DNA from: a virus
Taxonomy: Duplodnaviria > Caudoviricetes
Length of the DNA stretch: 42,013 nt
Direction: 5' to 3' (one strand)
IMG/VR virus record: IMGVR_UViG_3300032320_000269
Location: 1-42,013 of that record
In this document: in pieces, positions 9,907-20,944 of the stretch
Position numbering within the stretch: position 1 is the stretch's first letter
Layout of the letters: the number at the start of each line of letters is the position of its first letter
Notes under the pieces: model-generated
What the model was told of the DNA's origin: nothing
The model's database searches: none
Seen by the model: only the letters and a program-made list of their open reading frames with translations
Program-made: the position numbers and the translations under genes

Positions 9907-10963
9907 TTGTAAAAGAACCACTTCCTTTAAAATCATAAACTCTAAACCCATCATTTCTAATAATATCAGGACTTCCTGAATTTATTATAAGTGAGTCATA
10001 ATACTCACTATAACGAAGTATAACTCTTCCACTGCCTCCACTACGACCATGACCATCGCTATTGCCATCGTTAGGAGAAACATCGGCACCACCACCACCT
10101 CCACAACCACCATTTTCCCAAGCAGGAAGAGCTACCTGTGCTCCAGGTGATACTGGATTTCCTCCATAAGTTAAATATCCACAATTACCACCACCCGACC
10201 CATATCGATATCGGTCATCACCATTTCCACCTGAACCACCCAATCCAGCATACGGACCTCCACCTTCATTCGGTCCACGTGGAGGCCAATTACCATTTAC
10301 TGCACCACCTCCACCACCAGCACCAACAGTAAATCCTGGAATTCCCCAAGCATCTCTATATAAACCATTACCACCCTTACCAGCAATGTTTGGTTCATTA
10401 TTGCTACCATATCCAGGTTGTTCAACACCACCACCACCTCCACCACCTGCACGACCACCTCGCCCTACACCACCTGGATTTCCCTGTCCTTGCACATTAC
10501 TAACAGGTGAACCTGGTGAACCTGAACCAGCTCCACCAGCTTCAGTCCCACCACCACCACCACAAACACCAGAGTCTCCACCTCTAGCTCCAGGAGCATC
10601 AGGAGAATTTGGTGAAGGAGTAGTATTAATTGCACCGCCACCACCACCGCCGCCACCAACACTAAAATTTGGATAAGGAGACGGTCCAGTTAATGCTGAA
10701 GAACCACCACGACCACCCCGTTCACTACCACCACCACCACCACCACCAACCACAACTGAAAAGAAATCACCAGGAGAAACTGGAAATCCCGCACCCATTA
10801 GAAATCCACCACCACCACCACCACCACCACCAAAAGCCCCACCACCACCTCCACCAGAAACTATGAAGTAATCAATAAATTGTGTTTTAATTGGTCCTCT
10901 GGTGTCAGTTCGATCTGCACCAAGTGACCTCAATGAATTAGCAATCGACGCTCTAAGTGGCAT
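9902..10963 (-). CDS. Glycine-rich domain protein, probable receptor-binding adhesin (polyglycine-II type)
   Basis: IDYFIVSGGGGGG...GGGGGGG...VVVGGGG...GGSGRVILRY...VYDFKGSGSFTI, with many Gly runs separated by variable loops. Confidence 0.75.
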   Translation of the reverse strand: MPLRASIANSLRSLGADRTDTRGPIKTQFIDYFIVSGGGGGGAFGGGGGGGGGFLMGAGFPVSPGDFFSVVVGGGGGGGSERGGRGGSSALTGPSPYPNFSVGGGGGGGGAINTTPSPNSPDAPGARGGDSGVCGGGGGTEAGGAGSGSPGSPVSNVQGQGNPGGVGRGGRAGGGGGGGVEQPGYGSNNEPNIAGKGGNGLYRDAWGIPGFTVGAGGGGGAVNGNWPPRGPNEGGGPYAGLGGSGGNGDDRYRYGSGGGNCGYLTYGGNPVSPGAQVALPAWENGGCGGGGGADVSPNDGNSDGHGRSGGSGRVILRYSEYYDSLIINSGSPDIIRNDGFRVYDFKGSGSFTI

Positions 10964-12084
10964 TATTGTGCAGGTCCGAATGGAGTAGAAACACCCATAC
11001 CTTGACCATTTGCTTGACCATATAAAGTATTAGAAGCAAATACGGTATATTGTGATTCTGCTATTTTTATGATAGAAAAATTATATGCATCATAGGTCAT
11101 TGCTTGTGATGCAGAAGAAAAGAACAAAGGTTGTGTATTACCCGCCCAATATGCTGTTTGTAGTACACCATCGATATGCACGTTAGCACGCCAACGAGTT
11201 GAACCTTGTTTGAGCAGAATTGATGTAGAAACTGATTGACCAATACTCAACATCTGATTCAATGTGTGCGTAGTATTCGCAATCATATTGAAAGTAACAT
11301 GACCAGCAGAATTTGCTATTGTGTGGTATACGGTGCTGTTTGCCAAATGTAAACTATAATTGCCACTGAGTGAACCAGTTATAACATTGATTGTTTCTGC
11401 AAGACGAACTGTTGAAATGGTAAGATTAGATGATAGAACATCGGAGGTTACACCACCACCCGCAAAGTTATTTGAACTGATTGCACCAGTGCCAATTAAA
11501 TTACCTGTGATAGAAAGTGCAACAATACTGTTACTAGCATTAATAGAATTAATAGCAATCAAATTACCAGTGATTGCACCAACAACAATATTATTGGATG
11601 CCACAGCAGTATCAGCAATTAAGTTACCAGTAATTTGACCAGCAACAATGTTATTACCACGAATAGTAGTATCAGCAATTAAATTACCAGTAATTGTACC
11701 AGCAACAATACTATTACCACGAATAGAATTCAGACCAAGTTTATTACCAGTGATAGTATTTTCTACTAACTTTGTTCCAGCGATACTGCCATCAACTAAC
11801 TGAGATGAAGTAATTTGGTTAAAGTATACGATGCTTTGTGACTTATATCCAACTTGAATATTGTTTGCACCAACAGAAGGTGCTTCGGTAAATGTGATTA
11901 CTCCACTCGACACACCATAAGAAGCATAAGGTTCTTGCTGTACATTATTTACAAGAACTTCCAAATAGTCTGGATCACTAATCGGTTGGGAAATTGAAAA
12001 CTGTGTACAAGCTCCATCACCGTTAAACTTTTGAACGGATAGAGTATTGAAACCTATTTCTGGTTCATTTCCAATATAAGCCAT
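10963..12084 (-). CDS. Tail-fibre-like protein with a MAYIGN N-terminal module and 10-residue ITGNLIADxx repeats
   Basis: ORF track. Repeats ITGNKL/IRGNSI/ITGNLI/IRGNNI, and a C-terminal LKQG...YW.G...P...YDAYNFSIIK domain. Confidence 0.7.
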   Translation of the reverse strand: MAYIGNEPEIGFNTLSVQKFNGDGACTQFSISQPISDPDYLEVLVNNVQQEPYASYGVSSGVITFTEAPSVGANNIQVGYKSQSIVYFNQITSSQLVDGSIAGTKLVENTITGNKLGLNSIRGNSIVAGTITGNLIADTTIRGNNIVAGQITGNLIADTAVASNNIVVGAITGNLIAINSINASNSIVALSITGNLIGTGAISSNNFAGGGVTSDVLSSNLTISTVRLAETINVITGSLSGNYSLHLANSTVYHTIANSAGHVTFNMIANTTHTLNQMLSIGQSVSTSILLKQGSTRWRANVHIDGVLQTAYWAGNTQPLFFSSASQAMTYDAYNFSIIKIAESQYTVFASNTLYGQANGQGMGVSTPFGPAQ

Positions 12085-12416
12085 TAACTAACCTCTAAAA
12101 CAGATACGATAACATCAGCAGATGTAGCAGTCCCCATTTGAACTTGTAATCTATCGCCTGCTTCCAATACAAGTTTTTGGTCACCACCGACAGGAACTAG
12201 AGCACCACCAGGAGCAATCGTTGCGTTCTTTATCATAAACAATGTATTTGACGCAGTTGAATTAAACACCATGACATTTGCAGAAATAGGCGTTGTGATG
12301 AGATTAGAAACACTCATACCAATGACAGTTGCAGATGTTAATGCTGGCACAGTATAAACATCTACCGAAGATGTTCCAACCGAACCAGCAAAGTAATTTT
12401 TAAAATTGTTAGCCAT
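12084..12416 (-). CDS. Small conserved virion structural protein
   Basis: MANNFKN...VYTVPA.TSATVIG.SVSN...KNATIAPGGAL...QKLVLEAGD...SADVIVSVLE resembles a family common in aquatic T4-like tail modules. Confidence 0.65.
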   Translation of the reverse strand: MANNFKNYFAGSVGTSSVDVYTVPALTSATVIGMSVSNLITTPISANVMVFNSTASNTLFMIKNATIAPGGALVPVGGDQKLVLEAGDRLQVQMGTATSADVIVSVLEVS

Positions 12417-12429
12417 TAATGTCCTCTGA

Positions 12430-12975
12430 TTATCCTAATGCTATAGCAAATGCGATTGCTGAATCTTGTATTGCTGAAATTGAACTATATATTTTATTAT
12501 TTGCTGCTCCACTCATTATTGCTACATTAGCATTTGCGAGTGTGGAAAGTCCAGTAACATATAAAGTTTCTGCGATATTTGCCGAACCCGATATAGTTAG
12601 GTCATCAAATCCTATTGAATCAAGAATAATATTACCAGTAACATTTACATTACCAGTAACAAATAAATCCTGTCCAACATAAACATTCGATGTAACATTG
12701 AGTGTTGCGACATTACCTGGAATAGTAATATTACTTCCAGCAAAACTAATGTTGGCAATATTCGCAGTATTGGCTTGCAGAGTGTTGATGTTCGCACGTG
12801 TCTTTACATTCAAACTAGCAGTATTAGCATCACCAGAAACTTCAATGTTGGTGTTCGCAACAAAAGTCGAACCATTGCCATCAGTGAAAAGATTAACTGT
12901 GCCAATTACAGCATCAGTAGATGACATCCACTGTAGAAATGTATTCGAGGTCGTTACTCTATTAATTGCTGCCAT
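12430..12975 (-). CDS. Short fibre-like virion protein
   Basis: N-terminal TSNTF.QW, beta-repeat core LFVTGNVNVTGNI, and C-terminal AIAFAIALG motif. Confidence 0.6.
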   Translation of the reverse strand: MAAINRVTTSNTFLQWMSSTDAVIGTVNLFTDGNGSTFVANTNIEVSGDANTASLNVKTRANINTLQANTANIANISFAGSNITIPGNVATLNVTSNVYVGQDLFVTGNVNVTGNIILDSIGFDDLTISGSANIAETLYVTGLSTLANANVAIMSGAANNKIYSSISAIQDSAIAFAIALG

Positions 12976-12976
12976 C

Positions 12977-13201
12977 TTATGTTCTCATCTTTACAAGTTC
13001 ATGAAGCATTGATTTGATTTCCGTTATATCGTCTTCTAATTTATTTACTTTGTTTTTTAGTTCTAATTCTTCTTCTTGCTTTCGTTTTGCCAGTTCTCTA
13101 CGAAGTTTATACTCTTCTAGTCCTGCTCTGTCTCTATTTAGAATAGCTCTGGTAGAGATATCTCGAATTAGATTCTTTTCACCATCTATTTGAACGTACA
13201 T
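12977..13201 (-). CDS. Small conserved coiled-coil protein
   Basis: V.IDGEKNLIRD.STRAILN.DR..LEEYK followed by a heptad tail (VNKLEDDITEIKSML). In T4-like aquatic phages this gene typically follows the VrlC-like gene. Confidence 0.7.
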   Translation of the reverse strand: MYVQIDGEKNLIRDISTRAILNRDRAGLEEYKLRRELAKRKQEEELELKNKVNKLEDDITEIKSMLHELVKMRT

Positions 13202-13203
13202 AA

Positions 13204-16200
13204 TTATCCTCTAGGCAAAGCAATAGCACGAAGTTCTTTGAATCGTGGAACATCAACTGTGCTCTGTCCATAAAGAACAACTTTGATTGCAAAAGTTCTA
13301 AAGTCCGAAAATGAAGTTGATCCTGAAGTATAACTAATATAGTTGTTAGCAACATTGTTGATACCAGGAGCAAATGTCAGTTCACGATAATCACTTTCAT
13401 TTGCCGAAACAAATGTGGTGTTATTCAGTTGTGTCATTATAGCATAGTTTTTGTCTTCGAATGTTTCTGAGTCTCCAGTTGAAAGAACCTTATAATACAC
13501 TTGGATTCCAGAAAGTGGAGGCAAATAAGTCGTTAGATATACACGCAAATCTTCCGAATCAAAACCCTCTGCCAAAGTAACTTGTTTTGTGAAGTAACGA
13601 ATTGCAGAAGGACCACCTGACCTCTTATCTTCACCGTTGTATGACACAACCGCACCCGAACCACCACCCGAACCAGGAGTAATTGTAATTGTTGGTGATG
13701 TTGTATATCCAGTTCCAGGAGATGTGATATACACAGAACTGATTACATTGCTCGTAACTGTAGCAAGGGCAGCAGCACCTGCTCCCCCACCACCAGAAAT
13801 AGTTACGACAACATCCGCCGAATTGGCATATCCAGTTCCACCATTCGAAAGAACTACACCTGAATTAGATAGGGGCAGATTGTTGATTTTGTTTTCAACT
13901 GCCAACCAGTTCAATCGTGTCTTATCAATCATTGGTGATATGTCTCTGCTTTGAGTTGCCATCGTAGCACGAATCTTAACAGTAGTATTACCAGTTGATT
14001 TGTTTAACACACGACGATCATATCCATCCACCATACGATAGTCCACAAATGGAACTATGGGTAGATATGGATGAGTAGTATTAGCAGTAAATTGCTGTGA
14101 TATAAACTCATAATTAACTGAAGTGTTTGCAAGAACCACATCAGTAGTCATGAAGTGTGCCAAATCATATGCAGTATCAGCAGCAATTGTTGATGTGTCT
14201 ACTTCAAAATGTGCGAGAGCAGTAGCAGTCGTAAATACTTTTTTATGCAAACTAAACAACATTGCAGTTGCTGGTGTTGGAATCCACGTTGAACCGTTTT
14301 GCGATTCAAACAATGAACCAATATAGGGAAGCGCACTGATATTGTTGTTATCTATAAAATTCCTTTCATCTTTCTTGGCACAATATAAGAAATATGAATT
14401 GGAATTAGAAACAAATACAACTGAGTGTTCACCAGGTTGCAAGAAAATAGGAGCATCAAATACAAACTCTGTGTATTTGGACGAATCTTCCAAATCAGGT
14501 TTTGAATTTGGTGCAACTGTTTTTACTTTATCGGGTGTCAAAGTTACAGTAGCAAATGGGTAGACTGTTCCTGATGATGGGAATCCATTCACCGTTGGTC
14601 TGATTTGCATTGTAACAGGAACTGAAACATCCTTTGTTTGGAAACATACACGAACACTCGACAAGAACATTCCTTGTGGATATTGGTTGGAACTTATCAA
14701 GAAGTTTTGAGCCAACGGATCGTAATACGTCTGAATTTGTTTTGTTGAAGTGCTTGAGTTCTGTTTAATCGAACTTCTTTCACTAGTTCTCTCTTCAGAA
14801 ACACTACTTCTAACTACAGATGGAACAAATACAGAAATAGACTGTTCCTGAACTGTTTGTATAACACCTTGTGAGAAGAAGGTAGCATCACCATTAGTTA
14901 CTGATGATTCAACCAATCCAGTTTGAACATCAATCATCCTAAAGTTTTTTTCACCAACACGAAATACATCTCCAGGAATACTGAACACAACGGATATTGC
15001 ACCTTCTTCTGTTGTCTGTGGTCTTCCAATTGTGTAGTTGGAAGTTGCATCGGGAACAGTAGTCCACGGTGTCGATACTGTCAGTGTGCGTGTCGTTGGA
15101 TTGTAGTCAGAAATAGTTCGTTGTTGACCAGCACCAGTGCCACTACCAATCGTAACCGTTTGACTTTGATAATTAATTTTTGTGGCATTCGTTGCACTAC
15201 CAGCATGATAATCCAAAACCATTGCTGTGCTATTTGCCGAAATAGCAAATCCACTAAAGTGCTGCCAACCAGATAAGTTTGCCACTGTGCCAGTTATAGC
15301 ACCAACAACTTGGACATTCGAATAACCCGCCCATGTTCCAACACCAGCAACAGTGTCAATATTAACGATAAATCCATTGTTGTTGGATGTTTGAATAATA
15401 AAACCAGTTCCTAATGTAACATTGGTGTCTGAAGTTCTAAATGTAATTTGTTCTGAATCACCTACGATTGTTTGAAACTGTAGGTTATTGTTTGCAAACT
15501 TAAATTGATTGACGTTAGTGATATACTCTGACACATTAACATTATCAAAGAATGAAAATAATGGTGTGAGAGGTTTAAATCCAGTTCCAGTGACCAGAAT
15601 AGTCTTTGCTCTCATGTAAGGGATAATACTCACATCAACAACTTTATCACCTAACGATTTTGTTAAAGTCGTTGGAACAATTTGTGACAGAATACCTGAA
15701 CGTGCTTCATTTGTAGTTATAGTCTCTAATGATGCAGAAGTAGTTGTAAGAGTTTCCTCTGAAAACCTAGACCTGCTACCCCTACCAGATTTTTGATCTA
15801 TACCTTTAGCAATTGCTTCTGCTTTTGAAATTTGTTGTGAAGATGTTGATGATCTTTCAGTTCCAGGAATTACATTAGTTTCTACACCTGTCCATGTGGT
15901 TTGCCATGCACCCCACGATGTACTTTGAATTGATGACCATGCATCTGCTGCTGCTGACCCACCAGTTAAATCAACAACTTGAGATTCAACTCTTGTTTGT
16001 GAATTCCAAACATCAGATGAAGGAAAAAGATTTAATTTACCAAGATAGTTAATAAAGTTAAATGGATTGACATTGATTGTTTTGGATGCCAATGGTTGGG
16101 ATAACCAAGTTTCAGTTGTGGAAGCACATGTTATCATTGGTCCACTGTATTCAACATTAACATCATTTACTGCTGTAGTGTTTGCAGTATCAGTATTCGA

Positions 16201-19200
16201 GAAAACTCCAACCGATGTAATGTTATATGAACCACGAGCCTCATTATTAACGATATCAATGGCAGCAGCAAAATCACGACCAGTTACTTCAGCAACCGAT
16301 TTATCTACAAATGAATCAACAACAATACCGTTTTTGAATCGTGGTAAGTTTTGTGAATCAAGAATGGACAAATCTTGTTTACCCATTGTTGCTATTTCAA
16401 GCAATGATAGGGATGTATAATACTCCAGATTTTCGATGCGTTTTTCCAATCCACCAATGTCTTTCATCGTATATCGTTTATTACGAAGACGTTGAATCTG
16501 TGTTGTGAAGGGATATTGTAAGTATGCAGGATAATTGAGAACGTAAAGAGTCATTGCATCTTTAGGTTCTACTGGAGCAACAGGATTTAGTCCTGGAATG
16601 CCAGGTAATACTTGAAGTTTTCTATCTGTAGTAAGAACAACTCTATCAACACGTGGCAGATAGTAGCTGTAACTTATAATAAAGTCACTAGAATTCAAAG
16701 GAACTTTTGGTCCAGTTGTAGTTTCGTTGACATCGAAGACAAAATTATTTGCCGAGTATGCAGTTGTTGCGTCTTGACGAACTGGTCTAAAGTCTAAAGA
16801 ATTTCTAAGAGATAATCTTCCACCAGTTTTCGATGCGTATTGAGGAATTTCACCATAGGTAAAGTTACTGTCACCCAATCGAGTATACGAATCAACATTA
16901 AAGAAACCAGCACCCGATGATGTAAATCTATTGTAACGAACTAGCAGAGGACCAACTGGTGCAGTTTGTCCAGGAAGTAATCTAATTGCGCCCCAATCGT
17001 AATAGGAATCTTTTTGTCCAGTAACCAAAGCATAACGTGATGTTACATTGATTGCCGAACCAGAGTTTGCCGTAGTGATTGCTGTATTACTATAATCAAA
17101 AATAGCATTAATAGAATGAATATCAGCAACATATAAAGTTTGGTCAACACCAGGAGTTTTATTAACCAATCCCTGTGCAATATGAGTTTGTCCATGCGGT
17201 ATGAACACATACGCAGAAGTATTACCCGAACCAAAAACTGAGTTAGCAACTACTTGAGTTTGAACAGCAGTGTTGGCACGAATATATGTTTTGGTTTTAG
17301 ATGTTGGATTAGTTGTACTAATTGTAGCATATAGATTAACAGTCATATTGCCACCACCGAATACAGTGATAGTTCGTGCTGTTGTATCCACTGTAAATTG
17401 TCCTGAAGGTATTAATTGTCCTGCTTTATATCCACCATCAGGTCCAGAATTAGTTCCTGCTGAAGTACATACTACTGTGTAGTATTCTGACTTGGCAGTA
17501 TTGGTTGATGCTGTCACAAGTGTTTCACCTGAACCAACGGTAAGTGCTGTTGTAACACCAGCAGCCAGAGACACTCCCTGATACAATCTCTCATACTCAT
17601 AATTAAAGAATGATGTAGAATTGTCGGATATATTTGAATCACCCAAATCAAAAATCATGGATTCAAATTGTGGTTCTGAAATATATGCTGGAGCATATAA
17701 TGATGCCGTATCTTTAGAATATACATGTACATTAGCACCAGCAACACGTGTAGTTCCAGAATACACTGCTAAAGATTCTGCCTGACCGAAATCAAAGTCA
17801 ATAACGAAACGAGAACTAGTATTAATAGCAGAAGAAAATGCTGTATCAACAACTACACTACGAGTAGCACCTTCATATGAAACAATCTTTCTAGTTCCAT
17901 CCGTAGAACCAGGACCAGAAGTCATTCTGATTGTTGCGCCTTGATATGCTTGGTCTGTTGTTGAAAATAATCCAGGCAATGTGAATGTTGTGGTATTGCC
18001 AGCTCCAGCAATAGGATATCCACCAGAGTTGGATGTTGTGGTATCGAATAACGAACCAGTATTGATGTCTGCCAAATAAACAGCATAAACAAATGCACCA
18101 CCATTTGATGCATTTGATGTTGAATCATATGACATCGCTTTGATTTTAGCAGTTCCAATTTTTGTGTTTGCCAGAAGAAGAGTATTACCAGTATTAATTG
18201 ATGCTGCATCAACACAATGAATATCTACCGTTCCATATAGATTGGTAGGGAGAGTATTGAATAGGTTATTAGCAAAAATATGCCCACCATAACCCGAACT
18301 CAATCGTTTACTGTCCACATTTGCTTTAGTTCGTGGTTTGGGAACAGTTAGTATTGTTGATGATATTGTGCTAAATTCATACCCTTTAACATAGGCTTTA
18401 CCAGGAGATAGTGTAATATTCAATTGTGCAGTATTACTTGCATTGGTATCCAACCCAACATCAAATTGTCTGACGATATAATCACCCGACTCATCGAAAG
18501 TTCTACGAGCAATTGTTTCTTCAATCTTACCCCATATTGGAGTTTCTACAGATGAAATTAATTGCCCATTAACAACTCTTGCAATTTCAATAAACTGTGT
18601 TTTATCGGTGCTGTCAACAGGACGAGTATTTAAAGTCAATTCAATATTAAAACGGTCAGCACCAGGTGCTTGGAAGTTAGATGCATCTTGAGCAGGATCA
18701 AGTAACGAAGTATCTTGACTATTATTAATAATCGTTTCAGTGACATCATAACCAACTAGAGCATTGCCAGTTACACTATATTTGTCAATAGCAACAGAAG
18801 AATCTTGAGTTGTAATGAAGTAACCACCATAGTAATACACACCAGCAGTAACAGACCATGCTTGACAATTACCCATTGCACCATTGGAAGAAGTATTTGC
18901 GTAGTAAGTAATTGATTCTACATCAGCGTTTGCCGTATAGATAGTTTCTGTATTTGCAAATCTATCACCAAATATCTGATTAACGATTAGAGTGATTGGT
19001 TGTCCATTTGCCGCAACTGCATCATATGTTCTAATTACATATGCACGTTTTGTATTGGCAGCATTTTGAATAATCTTCCCATCAAAATTTCCAGCAGCAA
19101 TATCAGTTGAAGCAAAAGTTGAAGCAATATTAAGATACTGAACAGTCTGGAAATTGTTCTTACCTCCAGTAACAACCGAACCAGATTGAAAAATATAATC

Positions 19201-19359
19201 ACCAAATTTATTAATTTGGTCTTGCAGGATTGTTTGTTGTTGAGTTAGTTCACGAGCTTGGACAGCATATCCTGGTTTGAAGAGTATGCGATGATAGTTC
19301 TTCGCATCATCGAAGTCATCATAATATGGGTCTATATTAAAATTTGTATTAATATCCAT
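13204..19359 (-). CDS. Large virion structural protein, VrlC-like/DUF4815 family (2051 aa)
   Basis: NFNIDPYYDDFD..KNYHRILFKPGYAVQARELTQ.QTILQ, APGADR, ARRTFDESGDY, RYTMKDIG.LEKRIENLEYYTSLSLLE, DPLAQ.F, F..FAIKVVL...VPRFKELRAIAL. Confidence 0.85.
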   Translation of the reverse strand: MDINTNFNIDPYYDDFDDAKNYHRILFKPGYAVQARELTQQQTILQDQINKFGDYIFQSGSVVTGGKNNFQTVQYLNIASTFASTDIAAGNFDGKIIQNAANTKRAYVIRTYDAVAANGQPITLIVNQIFGDRFANTETIYTANADVESITYYANTSSNGAMGNCQAWSVTAGVYYYGGYFITTQDSSVAIDKYSVTGNALVGYDVTETIINNSQDTSLLDPAQDASNFQAPGADRFNIELTLNTRPVDSTDKTQFIEIARVVNGQLISSVETPIWGKIEETIARRTFDESGDYIVRQFDVGLDTNASNTAQLNITLSPGKAYVKGYEFSTISSTILTVPKPRTKANVDSKRLSSGYGGHIFANNLFNTLPTNLYGTVDIHCVDAASINTGNTLLLANTKIGTAKIKAMSYDSTSNASNGGAFVYAVYLADINTGSLFDTTTSNSGGYPIAGAGNTTTFTLPGLFSTTDQAYQGATIRMTSGPGSTDGTRKIVSYEGATRSVVVDTAFSSAINTSSRFVIDFDFGQAESLAVYSGTTRVAGANVHVYSKDTASLYAPAYISEPQFESMIFDLGDSNISDNSTSFFNYEYERLYQGVSLAAGVTTALTVGSGETLVTASTNTAKSEYYTVVCTSAGTNSGPDGGYKAGQLIPSGQFTVDTTARTITVFGGGNMTVNLYATISTTNPTSKTKTYIRANTAVQTQVVANSVFGSGNTSAYVFIPHGQTHIAQGLVNKTPGVDQTLYVADIHSINAIFDYSNTAITTANSGSAINVTSRYALVTGQKDSYYDWGAIRLLPGQTAPVGPLLVRYNRFTSSGAGFFNVDSYTRLGDSNFTYGEIPQYASKTGGRLSLRNSLDFRPVRQDATTAYSANNFVFDVNETTTGPKVPLNSSDFIISYSYYLPRVDRVVLTTDRKLQVLPGIPGLNPVAPVEPKDAMTLYVLNYPAYLQYPFTTQIQRLRNKRYTMKDIGGLEKRIENLEYYTSLSLLEIATMGKQDLSILDSQNLPRFKNGIVVDSFVDKSVAEVTGRDFAAAIDIVNNEARGSYNITSVGVFSNTDTANTTAVNDVNVEYSGPMITCASTTETWLSQPLASKTINVNPFNFINYLGKLNLFPSSDVWNSQTRVESQVVDLTGGSAAADAWSSIQSTSWGAWQTTWTGVETNVIPGTERSSTSSQQISKAEAIAKGIDQKSGRGSRSRFSEETLTTTSASLETITTNEARSGILSQIVPTTLTKSLGDKVVDVSIIPYMRAKTILVTGTGFKPLTPLFSFFDNVNVSEYITNVNQFKFANNNLQFQTIVGDSEQITFRTSDTNVTLGTGFIIQTSNNNGFIVNIDTVAGVGTWAGYSNVQVVGAITGTVANLSGWQHFSGFAISANSTAMVLDYHAGSATNATKINYQSQTVTIGSGTGAGQQRTISDYNPTTRTLTVSTPWTTVPDATSNYTIGRPQTTEEGAISVVFSIPGDVFRVGEKNFRMIDVQTGLVESSVTNGDATFFSQGVIQTVQEQSISVFVPSVVRSSVSEERTSERSSIKQNSSTSTKQIQTYYDPLAQNFLISSNQYPQGMFLSSVRVCFQTKDVSVPVTMQIRPTVNGFPSSGTVYPFATVTLTPDKVKTVAPNSKPDLEDSSKYTEFVFDAPIFLQPGEHSVVFVSNSNSYFLYCAKKDERNFIDNNNISALPYIGSLFESQNGSTWIPTPATAMLFSLHKKVFTTATALAHFEVDTSTIAADTAYDLAHFMTTDVVLANTSVNYEFISQQFTANTTHPYLPIVPFVDYRMVDGYDRRVLNKSTGNTTVKIRATMATQSRDISPMIDKTRLNWLAVENKINNLPLSNSGVVLSNGGTGYANSADVVVTISGGGGAGAAALATVTSNVISSVYITSPGTGYTTSPTITITPGSGGGSGAVVSYNGEDKRSGGPSAIRYFTKQVTLAEGFDSEDLRVYLTTYLPPLSGIQVYYKVLSTGDSETFEDKNYAIMTQLNNTTFVSANESDYRELTFAPGINNVANNYISYTSGSTSFSDFRTFAIKVVLYGQSTVDVPRFKELRAIALPRG

Positions 19360-19369
19360 TAACTAACCT

Positions 19370-20938
19370 TTAAAATCTAACAATGAGTTTTATGTTTTCT
19401 GCTTGACCCTCTGTGCGAGTCGTTTTTACTGCGTTCTCTGTATACAGAACATCACCAGTATATGGTTCAAATTCAGGATTAGAACCACGAACAACAATCC
19501 TAGATGTACCAGAGTTTGCGCCCGTTAGAGAAAGACCAGTTGTAAAAATTCCATGCACATGAGTCAACTTAACAGTATTCGTAGATTGATCTATAACATG
19601 TCCATATGCACTTGCATTATTTGCTGCTACTCCCTGATAAACATATTCGTCCAATGCATACGATGCACCCGAAACGATTGTCAAGTCTGTTGTCTGTGAA
19701 ATAAAAGAATTAGCATTTGCATTTGTAACAACAGAGGATTCTCCGTATTTATGTGGATTTATTACAACACCAAATTGTCTGAATGTAGTATTAGCAGAGA
19801 TTTTACCAAGTTCAGTAGAATCAATCTCACCAATCCTTGACGACACCATTAAGTTCGACCCACCCAATTCTTTGGAGGGATTATACGCATGTCCAAATTT
19901 TGGAGACACGATACAACGAACATTGGCAGTATTAGCACCAGTTCCTGTTCCATACACATACGCATTAGCACGACTGTATCCAGTTCCAATGGTTGTTATT
20001 GTAACTTTGGACAAATTTCCAGTGGTTGATCCAGAAAGAACTGGAGTTGCAACTGCGCCAATACCATCACCATCAATGTAAATCCTGGTAGTAATAGACA
20101 ATTGATTTGCAGCAGTTCCACCACCGTTAGCAGTAACTGCACGTGACAGTGTTATTTTATTATTCGGAATATCCAAAGAAGAAATATAAGTCTGTGAGGG
20201 GATACCTAAACCAGACACTGCCATATTTGCCACTACATTTGTTGTATTTGCAAGAGTTAAAATAGTGCATCCTGTGGCATACGATACGACCGTAACATTA
20301 TTGTGATAGTATGCGGAACCTCTATTGACCACAACAATAGTAGTCAATTCACCATCAATAACTCCAACGTCATTAACTCCATAATCCAATTGTTTAGTAG
20401 ATACTGGTGCTGGAATCCAAACATCAGAGAGGAATTTATTGGATGGTTTGACATTGTACATGTACTTCCAGATATACCCATCAGCAGTTGCGATGTTACC
20501 ATTCGATGATGTATAATCACCAGTGGGTTCTACTGTGGAGTTTGCAGAGGCATTATTAGACAAACACTTATAGACGTTACGTGCCGATGTATATGCATAC
20601 ATTGGTTTTAAATTTTGTGAAACATTTGCTAAAAGTAAATCAGATATTGCAATAGTATCATCATATTGACGATACTTTGTATTTGCAGTCCATGTTACTT
20701 TGGGGATGACTAGTTCAACATCGTTGCCAGTGATTCGTTTGGCAGCCATCATATTATCCCACACATCCTTCTCATCGACAATTGTATCAACTATAGAATT
20801 AGGAGACAGTTCATTCGCATACGCCAAATGATTGCCTACAAAAACATAACCAATAGTTGGAGATGCTTCTGTAAAACTTTCTTTAAACTGCTCGGCAGCA
20901 TTAAATGCTAGTTTTTTAGTTGTTACTGTTGTAGGCAT
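19370..20938 (-). CDS. gp8: Baseplate wedge subunit gp8
   Basis: WDNMMAAKRI, W......YRQYDD, VYKCLSNN...STVEPTG, TADGYIWKYMY, SPKFGH..NP.KELG, FRQFGVVINP, YTGDVLYTEN...R...QAENIKLIVRF. Synteny gp6-gp7-gp8. Confidence 0.88.
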   Translation of the reverse strand: MPTTVTTKKLAFNAAEQFKESFTEASPTIGYVFVGNHLAYANELSPNSIVDTIVDEKDVWDNMMAAKRITGNDVELVIPKVTWTANTKYRQYDDTIAISDLLLANVSQNLKPMYAYTSARNVYKCLSNNASANSTVEPTGDYTSSNGNIATADGYIWKYMYNVKPSNKFLSDVWIPAPVSTKQLDYGVNDVGVIDGELTTIVVVNRGSAYYHNNVTVVSYATGCTILTLANTTNVVANMAVSGLGIPSQTYISSLDIPNNKITLSRAVTANGGGTAANQLSITTRIYIDGDGIGAVATPVLSGSTTGNLSKVTITTIGTGYSRANAYVYGTGTGANTANVRCIVSPKFGHAYNPSKELGGSNLMVSSRIGEIDSTELGKISANTTFRQFGVVINPHKYGESSVVTNANANSFISQTTDLTIVSGASYALDEYVYQGVAANNASAYGHVIDQSTNTVKLTHVHGIFTTGLSLTGANSGTSRIVVRGSNPEFEPYTGDVLYTENAVKTTRTEGQAENIKLIVRF

Positions 20939-20944
20939 AATCTC

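Noticed and set aside
10138-10866. Poly-His and poly-Pro ORFs on the + strand
   Set aside because: They are antisense readings of the GGT glycine runs in the adhesin gene.
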